From assembly GCF_018350175.1 (NCBI RefSeq), contig NC_058368.1, positions 221,590,001 to 221,654,000 on the forward strand: a stretch of 64,000 nucleotides of DNA, given 5' to 3'. Shown one piece after another: positions 38,718-49,880 of this stretch (the stretch's first letter is position 1; each line of letters starts with the position of its first letter). Position numbers and translations under genes: made by a program. This DNA is from Felis catus. Lineage: Eukaryota. Under the pieces are notes generated by a model that saw nothing but the letters and a program-made list of their open reading frames with translations, had not been told where the DNA came from and did not search any database.

Positions 38718-38929
38718 TTTTATTTATTTTTTTTAAATTTTATTTTATTTTAGAGAAAGAGAGAGAGAGAGCACAAGTGGGGAGCAGGGCAGAGGAAGAG
38801 AGACTCTAAAGCAGGCTCCATGCTCAACACTGAGCCCGATGATAGGCTTGATCCCAAAACCCTGGGATCATGACCTGGGCTGAAATCAAGAGTCAGATGC
38901 TCAACCCACCAAGCCTCCCAGGTGCTCCC
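38718..38929 (-). mobile_element. CAN-SINE
   Basis: T tail, GA tract, ctgaaatcaagagtcagatgctcaacc...ccaggtgctccc. Confidence 0.94.
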
Positions 38930-39589
38930 GGAATGAGCTCTTAAATCTAAAAATGTGGACTCTGAAATCAGATGGCCTTATACAAATGATTAGGCATAGG
39001 CTAAAGCATTTTAGATCACCATCTGAATAAAAAAATGATATTTATAAGAATATACATGCCGTATAACTTAAATAGTGAGTATATTACTTATAAATATATA
39101 TATGTATGCATATTCTTAGAGAAGTATAAATAATGTAATACATTGTATGTATACATTATTGGATAATTTATAGATCTCCAAGTCTATGTTCCTCTTCTAT
39201 CAACTCTTGGACTCCAGTTTGAAAAACATTGACTTAAAGTGTTGCAATGAAAATGTATCGTCTTTTTAGTCCTCCCCTGTTATTTATGTGTATCTTGTTA
39301 CATACTACAATAGAGTGAATTGTACATGTGTTGAAGAAATTATCAGCGGTTCAAAACTTTTCTACATTACAAGATTTCAAATATATAGAAGGAATTAGAG
39401 CAAGCTATTTGTCTGCAAATCTGAAAAGATAATCAGTGATCCTAACCAACATTTAGCTGAGTAATACTGAATAACTCATTGAAAATCAGTCTGTTAAAAT
39501 GAGATACTCTACTACACATAACTGTAACCATCTGGTGTGCCAAAACTCTCCTCTGCTTTCAAATAAGAAGGCACAATGATGATCAAATA

Positions 39590-39955
39590 CAGTTGATCCT
39601 TGAAAAACACGGATTTGAACTTTATGGAGGTTAAACCTCACATGTTATTTTTTTCACGAATACATAAACTTATAGTATAGATAAATACAGTATAATGTTG
39701 TAAATGTATTTTCTCTTTCTTGTGTTTTCTTAATAATGTTTTCTTTTCTCTACCTCACTTTATTGTAAGAATACAGTATATAATACATAAACGTAGAAAA
39801 TATGTGTTAATACACTTATTTTTGTTGTTGGTAAGGCTCTGGTCTACAGTAGACTATTAGTAGTTAAGTGTTGTGGGTGTTAAAAGTCATACACATATGT
39901 TCAACTGCTACAGGGGTCGGCCACTCTAACCCCTGCATAATTAAAGGGTCAACTG
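39590..39955. mobile_element. Tigger2a/MER28-like Tc1-mariner non-autonomous DNA transposon
   Basis: TIRs cagttgatccttgaa... and ...ttaaagggtcaactg; preceded by TA and followed by TG (decayed TA TSD). Confidence 0.9.
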
Positions 39956-40068
39956 TGGATTAAAAGGTAAATGATGGAATCTCTGGGATATATACATGTA
40001 TATATAAATATTTACCATGCATTTTTCTAATTTTTTGTGTGTATTTAAAATGTTTATAATCAAAGAGT

Positions 40069-40185
40069 TGGAAGGAAGGAAGGAAGGAAGGAAGGAAGGA
40101 AGGAAGGAAGGAAGGAAGGAAGGAAGGAAAAGAGGGAAGGAAGGAAAGGAGGGAGGGAGGGAGGGAGGGAGGAAAGAAAGAAGGA
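40069..40185. repeat. (GGAA)n/(GGGA)n purine microsatellite
   Basis: About 15 consecutive GGAA units, then GGGA/GAAA units; follows an old L1-like 3' terminus (39960-40068). Confidence 0.95.
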
Positions 40186-40271
40186 GATGAAAATGAAAAA
40201 AGAACCATAAGATATTTCTTTAACTTTTCTGATGAAAAGTTATGCCGCAAGTATTTTGAACACAGGGCCAT

Positions 40272-40325
40272 CCCTTTAATGGTGTTTTCTGTCTCTGTCT
40301 CTGTCTCTCTTTCTCCCCCCAAAAG
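40272..40325 (+). other. 3' splice site region of the CDH12 exon
   Basis: Candidate branch point TTTAAT (40275-40280), then a (TCTCTG)n/TC pyrimidine tract and CCCCCCAAAAG. No AG occurs between 40266 and 40323. Confidence 0.85.
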
Positions 40326-40620
40326 CTCCATTCTGACTTAGATAAAGGAGAGGGCACTGTTAAATACACCCTCTCAGGAGACGGCGCGGGCACTGTTTTT
40401 ACCATTGATGAAACTACAGGGGACATTCATGCAATAAGGAGCCTGGATAGAGAAGAGAAACCTTTCTACACACTTCGTGCTCAGGCTGTGGACATAGAAA
40501 CCAGGAAGCCCCTGGAGCCTGAATCGGAATTCATCATCAAAGTACAGGACATTAATGATAATGAGCCAAAGTTCTTGGATGGACCTTACGTTGCTAGTGT
40601 CCCAGAAATGTCTCCTGTGG
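40326..40620 (+). CDS. CDH12: Cadherin-12 (type II classical cadherin) internal coding exon: most of EC1 plus EC1-EC2 linker
   Basis: Manual translation from 40326: [98 protein letters not shown](G). It has no stops, contains the LDRE and DxNDNxP calcium motifs and the type II QAV motif, and matches CDH12 as I recall it. Pyrimidine tract plus AG at 40324-40325, donor GTGAGT at 40621. Length 295 nt, phase 0 to phase 1. Confidence 0.96.
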
Positions 40621-41854
40621 GTGAGTAGGCAAATCGAAATTTTGTCAGATGCTATGAGGCCTTTTCAACATTTATTTTTTTGCAGTTTGGTGTAAACGTC
40701 TTATTTGTAAGCCAGAAGATTATTCCTCCACTGTAAAGGATGCAATTATTTTCATTTTTCCCATTTTTTTTCTGGCTCCATCTAAATATATAAATAGATT
40801 CATAAACATGTAGGATATATAGCATTTACCCTATTTTCCAGTCTTTGCATTCACCTGAGCTCAAAGAATTCCTTGTAATTAAGTACAAAACTCACTTTGT
40901 ACTAAAATTCATTATCATTGCAATTCCAGATGCCTACACAGGTACCTACCGTACCTACCAAATAGCAGATAGTAATTCATGGTTCACAGTAAATCATCCA
41001 AAGCATGTGTTCTATATTTGTCTGGAGTGGTCCAGAAAGGACCGTGCTATAGATGGAGATTCCAGAAGGATGATATTGTTTCGTTTTGACTACAAGTAAC
41101 CCATAGTAGTTACATCATCAAACCGGGAAGCAAGTATTATCATGAACTCATCAGAATAAATTTACAATTCAGCTACCGTGTATATAAATTCATGGTATTA
41201 ATTTATAGAATATAAATTCACATTTCAATATCAAGCTAAATTCAGAAGTTCTAAGATAATGTATTTTTGAGGTCAATGAATTAAGGATTATGGTTTTAAT
41301 GACGATTTTAAATAACTTTTATTCCTCAGTCACCACTGCCAATCCCTTATTCTATTTCAAAGTAACTTCTCCTGTCTAGCACATTAGTAAGATAAAGCTA
41401 CCCACTGCTCCCAGGTTACAACTTGAAACTCTTGTGGGGAGCCATTGCTAAGTTTCCTGTCTGACATTCCTCAGAAGGCTTCTGCTGGCCCTACAACCAT
41501 CCCATTTTAAATATTAGTGACAACCACAGGGCTGCAAATCTGTTATTCAGTTTTTGCTACATTTTTGAGCTGTTGCTTTTATATTGTGCTGATTGCTAGA
41601 GATTTAGAAGTACACTCGAGAAGAAGTAGATTTTATTAGAAAGTGTCCCTGAAAATTGGGATATTACTGGGAGAGAAAAAAAAAACGAAGGTACTATTTT
41701 GAGCAAAAGTAAGGTTTTTAAGAAGACAATGTTTTTTTTTGTTTGTTTTTGGTTTTTTTGTTCCTAAGTGGTTTAACCCAGGGCTTACTTCGTGTGAATT
41801 TGACATATTTATAAGAATTTATGACTCTCAGTCACTATTATAGAAACAACATCC

Positions 41855-42026
41855 CTTTTTAAAAAAAATTTTTAATGTTTATTTTTTGATGGAGGGAGGG
41901 GCAGAGAGAGAAAGGGAGACGTAGAAATCGAAAGCAGGCAGCACAGAGCCCTACATGTGGCTCGAACCCACAAACTGTGAGATCATGACCTGAGCCAAAG
42001 TTGCTGTTGGGCCACCCAGGGGCCCC
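41855..42026 (-). mobile_element. CAN-SINE with internal deletions
   Basis: Perfect 16-bp TSD tatagaaacaacatcc (41839-41854 / 42027-42042). Confidence 0.94.
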
Positions 42027-44151
42027 TATAGAAACAACATCCTTAAAGCAAACATACACATCCCTCTACATTATTAGAAAATTCTGTCTTATTAGACAGA
42101 TAATTAGTTCTTTTGTTGTGCCAATTTGGATAAAGGGAAGGACTGCAGAGTCTGAAATTTATATAAAGAAGTTCATACCTGGAACCTGAAGAGAGAAATA
42201 AATCTGGAAAATCAGGGTAGGTAAGTGAAAAAACAAAGTGGTCCCAGCTTTTCCAGTATTGGGGTGAGACACAATTTGCTGTACTGCCTTGAGGTATCAG
42301 AAAGATCTAGGGAAGAATGGGTTTTTAAAAATGGTTTGCCGTATGACATTACTGAAGTTTCTCATTGTTTATTCAAGAAATTCCAGTAAATTCTTAAACT
42401 GAATTTCAACACACCCTCCCTGTTTTCATTTTTTTTTAAACAATAATAAAGGAGTATTTCTTTTGAAGGTGACACCACACTGAATGCTATGGGTTCACCC
42501 AGGTATTATTGGACTACATTTACATAATATGCTGTTTTCAAAGATTTGCTAAGAAGTTTAAACAACACTTATGAATTAAATATTAGAAATTAAGTATCTA
42601 CCACATACTGCTTTTGCCATTCCCCACAATCCTGTCTATACACATAACGAAACAACATAAGAGACCCAGTTGGGCTTGTGGCATTTGCTGTTTCTGCTGT
42701 TACATGACCAACCCAAAGCTAAGGAGAAATTTCCGCGCATCCATCCAGCTGTCACATCTATGTTCCTAGATCTCTGGAGCTCATTCCGCAAGCACACCTT
42801 CTTGCCACATGGAAATGTTCACTGTTGTAAATCACTTGTGATAACTCTTCGTTCTATTTTCTTTAACCGCCTCCCTTCTGGCAAATTCCTGCTTCTGCGT
42901 CATTTTCCTTGGGATATCAAAATTATTTTCGTTCAACACCAAATGGAGTTCACCATGATTTGTTAGACAGAATAACTATTGTCACAGCAAATCTTGCTGT
43001 CAGTTTTACAAATCTGTGTTTGAATATTCTCTAGGAAATAATTGTCCTTTCCCGATAACAGGCAATGTTGTTATTACAGTGTTGGAGAAGAATCAACCAA
43101 TTTAAAAATAGATACAGTAAAATAGCTTATTTTGTAATACAAATGATCAAGAAATATTGGCACATCAAAACAATTTATTATACAAATGTCATTAGCAATC
43201 ATAGATTGTGCATCAGAAAATATGATGAACAATTAAACATGGAGTGAAAATGAACTCAAGTGAAAATTACAAAGACTGTAACTATGCAAAGGGGAGTGGT
43301 GGTGAGCGAGGTGAGCAGAGATTTCAGAGCAAAATTAATATTTAAGACTTATCAGACTAGAGAATATATTTGGTTCCTGAAAGTTGAAGAAAATTCTAGT
43401 GAATATATTAATTGCTTAAGAGAAAGGTCACTTTGTTACCAACTTGTGCTCCATCCAGTATGCCACGGAAGTAATATTCACAGATAAAGTGCTTTTACTC
43501 TGACCCAAGGAAATTACTTAATGATCCAGATATTCCCCAACTCAGACTTTCTCCTTGGAGACAGATTTGGATGTTACGAATGTGGTCTTAATTCTTTAAG
43601 ATCACTAGAGTAACAATGAATTACAGTAACGTTCTTCTGTAATACCAGTGGTCATGCATGGGTATGGTATGCAGTTTAAGTAACTTTTCCTAGAGAGCTG
43701 ACAGGTGTAACATCTTTAAACCCTTATTCATACTTGTATCATCATCCTCTGCCTGAGCTAAGCCAAGCCATCTTGAGGCAGCTGATTGAGTTATTCATAA
43801 CATGGTCTCTATGACACGTTTGATAAATGCCAATTGTGAATCATAATTTATGCAGTACGATCAGCCATTTCCTGAGCAGTAGTCAGCGGCTAGGTGATCC
43901 AACTCAAGATTTGTATTCCCTGTTTTAGTATGTAACGATTACAGGAATTTTCTGCAGTATTGTTTACTATTCGATCTTCATTTTTATATAAAAAATTAAC
44001 TCCAATATCAGAAAGTAAGTATGACTCTCGGACTCTTCAGAAACAAAGTTGATTGCAATCAGTTATACCCTTTGCTGGATTCTAAAATGTCTTTGGGACT
44101 TACATTTAGCTTTCAATCTTGGATGAGCCGGTTAAGACTTTGGGATGATTG

Positions 44152-44210
44152 TTTTATTCATTTTATTTTATTTTATTTTATTTTTTATTTTATTTTATTT
44201 TTTATTTTAT
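44152..44210. repeat. (TTTTA)n microsatellite
   Basis: Directly visible. Confidence 0.85.
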
Positions 44211-44893
44211 ACCTGAGAATAGGGGACCCTGCTTAAAACAAAATCTAAGGAATAGTATTTCTTATTCAGTGACTTAAAAAAAAAGTAGTATAAGTATAAC
44301 CAAAACAAGGTACATCTAAAGAGAATTACACTGCTGGCTTAATTTAAAAATTAACATAAACTCTTTTTTTTTTTCCTATGAACTTTATTTTGTTTTACGT
44401 GAAGTTTGGAGATATGTGCTATGGTGGAATTTTTGGTGGAGGTTTTTGAAGGCTTTTAAACAGAATATTTTGTACATGGCCATACTTAAACAGTCCAACA
44501 CCGAGAAGGAAATAGTGAAAAAGGGGCCTATCCCTAATATTAATTTATTATACCATTATTATAATTTAGAAACATATAAATCTCCATAGTTTCTTTTATC
44601 AAGAAATGATAAAGCAAATATATTTTTTTACCGTATGAGTCATCCATGGCCACAGAGAACAGTCCTAAGTAGGAGTAAACTATCATTAGTCTCTGTGCCC
44701 AATAAGCAGAATTTTTGTCAGAAAGTTGGAGACAGAATGTTAGCTATTTTCTATGAATAAAGACATTCCCCATGTATAACCAAAATGTGATTATTAAAAT
44801 CAGGAAATTAACATTAATGCATTATTGCAATGTGATCTTTAGGCCCCATTCAAGCTTCCTAAGTTGTTTCAATATCTTACATAACAAAGCTTT

Positions 44894-45130
44894 CTCTTTT
44901 TTTTTAAGTTTATTTGTTTTGAGAGCGAAAGAGAGAGGGAAAGCAGGAGAGAGTGTGTCTAAGTGGGGGAGGGGCAGAGAGAATGAGGGAGAAAGAGAAT
45001 CCCGAGCAAGTTTCATACTGCCAGAGTGGAGCCGGACATGTGGCTCAAACTCACAAACCATGAGATCATGACCTGCCTGAGCAGAAATCAAGTGTCAGAA
45101 ACTTTACCAACTGAGACACCCAGGTTCCCC
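44894..45130 (-). mobile_element. CAN-SINE
   Basis: TSD ataacaaagcttt (44881-44893) / ataacaaaacttt (45134-45146). Confidence 0.94.
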
Positions 45131-45448
45131 AAAATAACAAAACTTTCAAGATGAAAATCCCATATTGTATTCCAATGCCATATTTCTTTAGTTTCCTTCA
45201 GTCTGGAGCAATTCCTTACTCTTTCTTGATTTAGGGACATGTTTGAGGATTTCTGGCCAGTTATTATTTAGAATGTCCTTCATATGGGGTTTGCCTAATG
45301 TTTCCTCATGTACAAATTCAGGATATGCTTCTTTGTTAGGTACATCACAGACATGATGCTGTATTCTTGTTGCATCCCTTCAGATAGAACAGGGTTTTGA
45401 TTTGTCTCATTACTAATAATGTTAATTTTTATTATTTGATTAATGTTG

Positions 45449-47852
45449 TGTATTAGCTATGTCTTGCTGCATAAACATTAGCCGGAAACGTATCAGTATG
45501 AAACAACAAACACTTATTATCTCACAGAAGCATGGATATCCAGACGTGACTTGGGTGGGTACCTTCGGCTCAAGGTCTCCCTTGAGGTTGTAACCAAGCT
45601 TTTGGCTGGGGCCACGGATGGATCTAATGACTTAATTGGGAGGAGGTAGGAATTTGCTTCCAAACTTACTCATGTGGCGATTGGTGGACTTCAGGCTCTT
45701 GCTAGGTAGACCTTTCTCCAGGGCTACCCCACAACACAGCAACTGGCTGGCCTCAGGAAGAGCTATCTGAGAGAGCTAGAGAGAAGGACATCTCTGATCA
45801 AAGCCACGGTCTATATTTATAACTAATATTTAAAGTGATATGCTATCATTTCTGCCATATTCCAATTGTTAGAAGTAAGTCCAATGCACATTCCGGAAAT
45901 GGGATTACCCAAGAGAATGAATACAAAGAAACTGGGATCATTGAAGGCCCTCTTACAGAATGCCTACCACAGTTTACCCTCTGGACCCCACTGATTCATG
46001 TTGCTGTATTATGCAGTATATACTCAGCCCTTTTTAGGACCCCAAAATCTTTTCCCTCCATTGCATGAGCTCAAAGTCCAGAAACTCATCATAGAATCAA
46101 GTGCAAGCATAAATGAGGTTCCTTACATTCATTTCTCCTTGATCTGAAGACTTGTGATGCTAGAGAAACCAGTTATTTAGCCCCATCCCCACACCTAACA
46201 CACAATGGTGAGATAAGCATGAAAATATTTCTGTAGACATTTCTGTTTCAAAAAAAAAGAAAATGGGGTGCCTGGGAGGCTCAGTCGGTTAAGCATCCAA
46301 CTCTGGATTTCAGTTCAGGTCATGATTTCATGGTCTTGAGATAGACCCCCTTCAGGCTGAGTGTGGACCCTGCTGGGATTCTCCCCCCCCCCCCCCCGCC
46401 CCTTCCCTGTGCTCTCTCTTTCTCTCAAAATAAATAAATATTTTTTTTAAAAGAAGGAAAATGAACAAAATAAAGGTGTTACTCGCCCATCGAATTCCTG
46501 AAGTCTAGCTGGTAAATAGTAAAAGCTCTTTGATTAGGTTCAAGGCCCGACAATATCTGTCCATGGTTCTCACTTATACCACCTCAGCTCTTGGCTCTAC
46601 CTTCTGAGCTGGCCTTCCTTTCTCGTGAAATGTAGCCAGATTTGCAAATACGCAGCTCTCTTGGCTGGCTTCCTGCCAATAGAATTCAAAGGGTTCAAAG
46701 GCTTAATCTTATTGTACAGTCTCTGACTCTTTTTCTTCAGTTCACACTTTTGATGTATCTACATGCAGAACTCTATTTTGTCAGTAGTATGGGTATCCCA
46801 TGAATCTTTTGGGGGCTCACTGAACTAGACAAAAAGTCTCTTCAAGAAAAATTCTCTCTACCTTGGACCCTACTGAGGTGCCTGAGTGACAAAGTCTTTA
46901 CGTGAATTAGAATCCTTATTGTTAGCTAGAAAGGATCTTTGAGTCATACTTACCCATTAATCTCTAAGGAGGGGAGATCTGACTAGACAGCAAGCCAACG
47001 GGCCATCCTTGATCTATCTAAGATCTTAACAAAAAGTTTTACAGTCACTCCATGGCTTTCCTATGTGCCCTGGATTTGATTTTTGCTTAGAGACCATTTC
47101 TTAATTTTAGCATCATTTGCCATCTGAGAAGACTAGTAACCTTCAAAACCAGCAAGACCTGGATCCCTTTTGTTTAAAAGTCACTGGGTCCATTTCTGTT
47201 GTTACATAAATGCAGGGAACAGTTTTGCTGCAAAAGTTTTCTGTCTTAGCTGCTATGCAGTGACCCTCTAGTTTCCCATATAATATTCTCATTTTCCTGC
47301 AAGCCTCACATGCAGCACCTCCCAAGTCCAACGTTCAATAGAGGGTGTGTTTGAGGCATTTTATACCAACCTCCTCCTCAAAGCCCACTGCCTAACTGTA
47401 AACAATTACCCCATTTTAAGTGTTTGTTATAACACATCCCACTACCATGTACAAAATTGCTATTATCTACTACTGTATAACAAATTACCCCTGGATTTAG
47501 AGGTTTGAGACTGAAAGTATGTATTATCTCTTGGTTTATCTGGGTCATGAATTTGGGTTCAGCTTAGCTGGATGTCTCTGCATCAAAGTGTCTTGTGGAT
47601 TTAGGGTCAAAGTGGCGGCAAGGAATATGGTTTTTCTGAAGATTCACTTGAATGGGGGATGTACTTCCAAGCCCAGTCACGTGGCTGTTGTCTTAGAATT
47701 GGTATCCTGTCTCTTCTGCTATATTTTATTTTATATTTTTTAGGATCTGCTTGATAAAAGCCCATTTTACTCTCCAGGGAAAGGAATTAGCCAGAGGTGT
47801 GAATGTTGGAGGCAGGCATAACTGAGGTCCATCTTAGAGGGTATCTACGTTA
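45449..47852 (-). mobile_element. Two-LTR MLT1 (F/G/H-like) MaLR provirus: LTR 45449-45971, internal 45972-47457, LTR 47458-47852
   Basis: Two homologous LTRs (tgtattagctat...gcctaccaca; tgctattatctac...gtatctacgtta) share cttccaa...catgtggc/cacgtggc and cttctgc motifs. The internal end ttttaagtgtttgttataacacatcccactaccatgtacaaaat resembles the MLT1-int 5' terminus. Confidence 0.82.
46265..46452 (+). mobile_element. CAN-SINE inside the MLT1 internal region
   Basis: ggggtgcctgggaggctcagtcgg head, poly-C tract, aataaa tail. Confidence 0.93.
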
Positions 47853-49255
47853 GACGATGATTCTACTGTAATGTCACTCTTTATCTTTTTGTAATTATTA
47901 CATATTTTGTTGAGAGATATTTTGAAACAAGAAAGATAACCTTGTCCTCATCACACTTTCAAATGATCCATCTATTAGTTTATGTCAGTGTGGTCTCGAG
48001 GTCTTTCTTACTGTATTAAATTCGTTCCGACGTATTAGCACCATTATTGATTTTAATATTGCAATGTTAAAATATAATGCACTGAAATGTAAAGTAAAAG
48101 CGAAGACACTTTAAGCTGATATTTGTGTCTTTTCAACATTACCTCTTAATTATTTGAATATTCCCTTCCTTTCTGGCCCAAAAATATATGTGGGACTTGT
48201 CTTCAATTTTCCTTCCTCAGCTCTGGGAAGAGTGACTTCTCCAAGAAGCTTTCCCCCCATGCTCATAGAGAGTAATTTTTAGAAGCCCAAATCTCGTTGT
48301 CATGTGTGTTCTTTGCTATTAGAAAAATCATTGCTCCCAGGCCCTCTCAGTGGGTACAGCTAAAGAATATATCTATATGCATATATGTACAAAATACTTA
48401 TTTCTGTATCATTCTAAATATATTGAGAACCTTGATTTTATACCAATACTTCTTATTCTAATCTAACACCATGATTTATTTCATTTTTTTAACCCTCTAA
48501 TAACTTACAGCTCTCTTTTGCAAGAGTGAGAAATCTGGCTGTTGTTATCCTTAATACATGTATTTTGTTCTTTGATCAAGCCCCCTGTAGGCCACCAATC
48601 TTTCACTGCCACTCAGCCCCCCAACACCTTGCAGATTCTCCAGTGACTCCACTTTGACTCTGAAAATCTGCACTGGCTGTTTCCACTACCTTCTCTACCC
48701 CACCATGGAGGATTTGTGCATCTCACCAGGACTTTGAATTCCCATACCAGGCCATATTTCCCACATATAACATGCCTTCTTCATGCCAGCGGATCTCTGT
48801 GTGGACACCTTTCTCACTCTGCTCGAGTTTCAATACCTTGTTCAGGTCTATTGTAGCTTTTGTCCAATTCTTCCACCCCGATATCCCTGCCAGTACAAAA
48901 ATCTCTCTGCTCACCCTAGCTAGGCCTTAAGACTGAATTATTCTAGAAGATAAGCAAAGAGCAAGGGCTCCCTTTGATTCTTAAAGGAACTTAACATGTT
49001 TCTAGAAGTGATTATCTCTGGGTTGTATTTCCCATACGCATTAAACTGTGTTTAAATGAAGGGTCATTCATTTGATTTTAATTTCCTTCATAATTTACTC
49101 AGCTGAGTCCAAATTTTGCTATAAGAGGCCAAATATGACCTAGGAAGTAGTTGATAAGCCATGTTTGCGAAAATACTGTTTTTTAAATTCCTTTTCCACA
49201 TTGGAAAAATTTTCTATTCTTATATTCAATAAAATATATGTGTATATATATTTTT

Positions 49256-49465
49256 GGGGGGGTAGCTCAGTCATTAAGCATCTCATGGGTTCAGGTCATG
49301 ATCTAATGCGGTTTGTGGGTTCGAGACTCACTTTGGGCTCCGTGCTGATAGCTCAGAGCCTCGAGCCTCCTTCGAATTCTGTGTCTCCCGCTATCTCTGC
49401 CACTCCCAAGCACATGCTCTGTCTCTCTCTGTCTCTCAAAAATAAAGAAATGTTTAAAAAAAAAG
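49256..49465 (+). mobile_element. CAN-SINE (SINEC_Fc-like, deletions in head)
   Basis: gtgctgatagctcagagcctcgagcc insert; flanking repeat atatgtgtatatata. Confidence 0.92.
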
Positions 49466-49467
49466 AA

Positions 49468-49620
49468 ATATGTGTATATATATATATATATTAAAATAAA
49501 TATATATTTATTTATATATATTTCTGTATATATATATTAGAAGGCATGTCATATATATATGCATATCTACATATATATATATGCATATATGTATATATGC
49601 ATATATATATATGCATATCT
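49468..49620. repeat. (TA)n/(CATA)n low-complexity tract
   Basis: Directly visible. Confidence 0.85.
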
Positions 49621-49659
49621 ACAGAGAGACAGAGGACAAAACTCTGTTGTAACACATTC

Positions 49660-49880
49660 TATTGCAAACATGTGGGTTTTAAATTTAAGAGTACAAATTC
49701 CTGCTCCACTCTTTCCATGGTTGTGAGTGCTTGCTCAGGTTGTTTGTCCTCATTGTGCTTTGGTGTCATTACCTGCAAATGAGGAATAAAAAGACCTAAT
49801 TCCCAGAGTTACTGCAAGTAGTAAAAGAGAGAACTTACATGTAACATTCGCTACAACGCCTGGATAAACACAATCAATAT
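49660..49880 (+). mobile_element. MIR
   Basis: tacaaattcctgctccact...gtcattacctgcaaatgaggaataaaaagacctaattcccagagttactg. Confidence 0.7.

Larger units (their letters stand above)
44745..48560 (-). mobile_element. Old L1MC4/5-like 3' region, split by a SINE and an MLT1 provirus
   Basis: aaaatcaggaaattaacatt, ctggccagttattatttagaatgtcc...ggtttgcctaatgtttcctcatg; resumes after 47852 with ctactgtaatgtcactct...gagagatattttgaaac. Confidence 0.75.

Noticed and set aside
39960..40426. Minus-strand ORFs 39960-40331 and 40220-40426
   Set aside because: One reads through (TTCC)n; the other is largely the antisense shadow of the CDH12 exon.
1280..42227. Other acceptor-like or AG|GT sites (about 1297, 9994, 10482, 25048, 32975, 42220)
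   Set aside because: Weaker branch or pyrimidine context and no cadherin-like reading frame; expected by chance.
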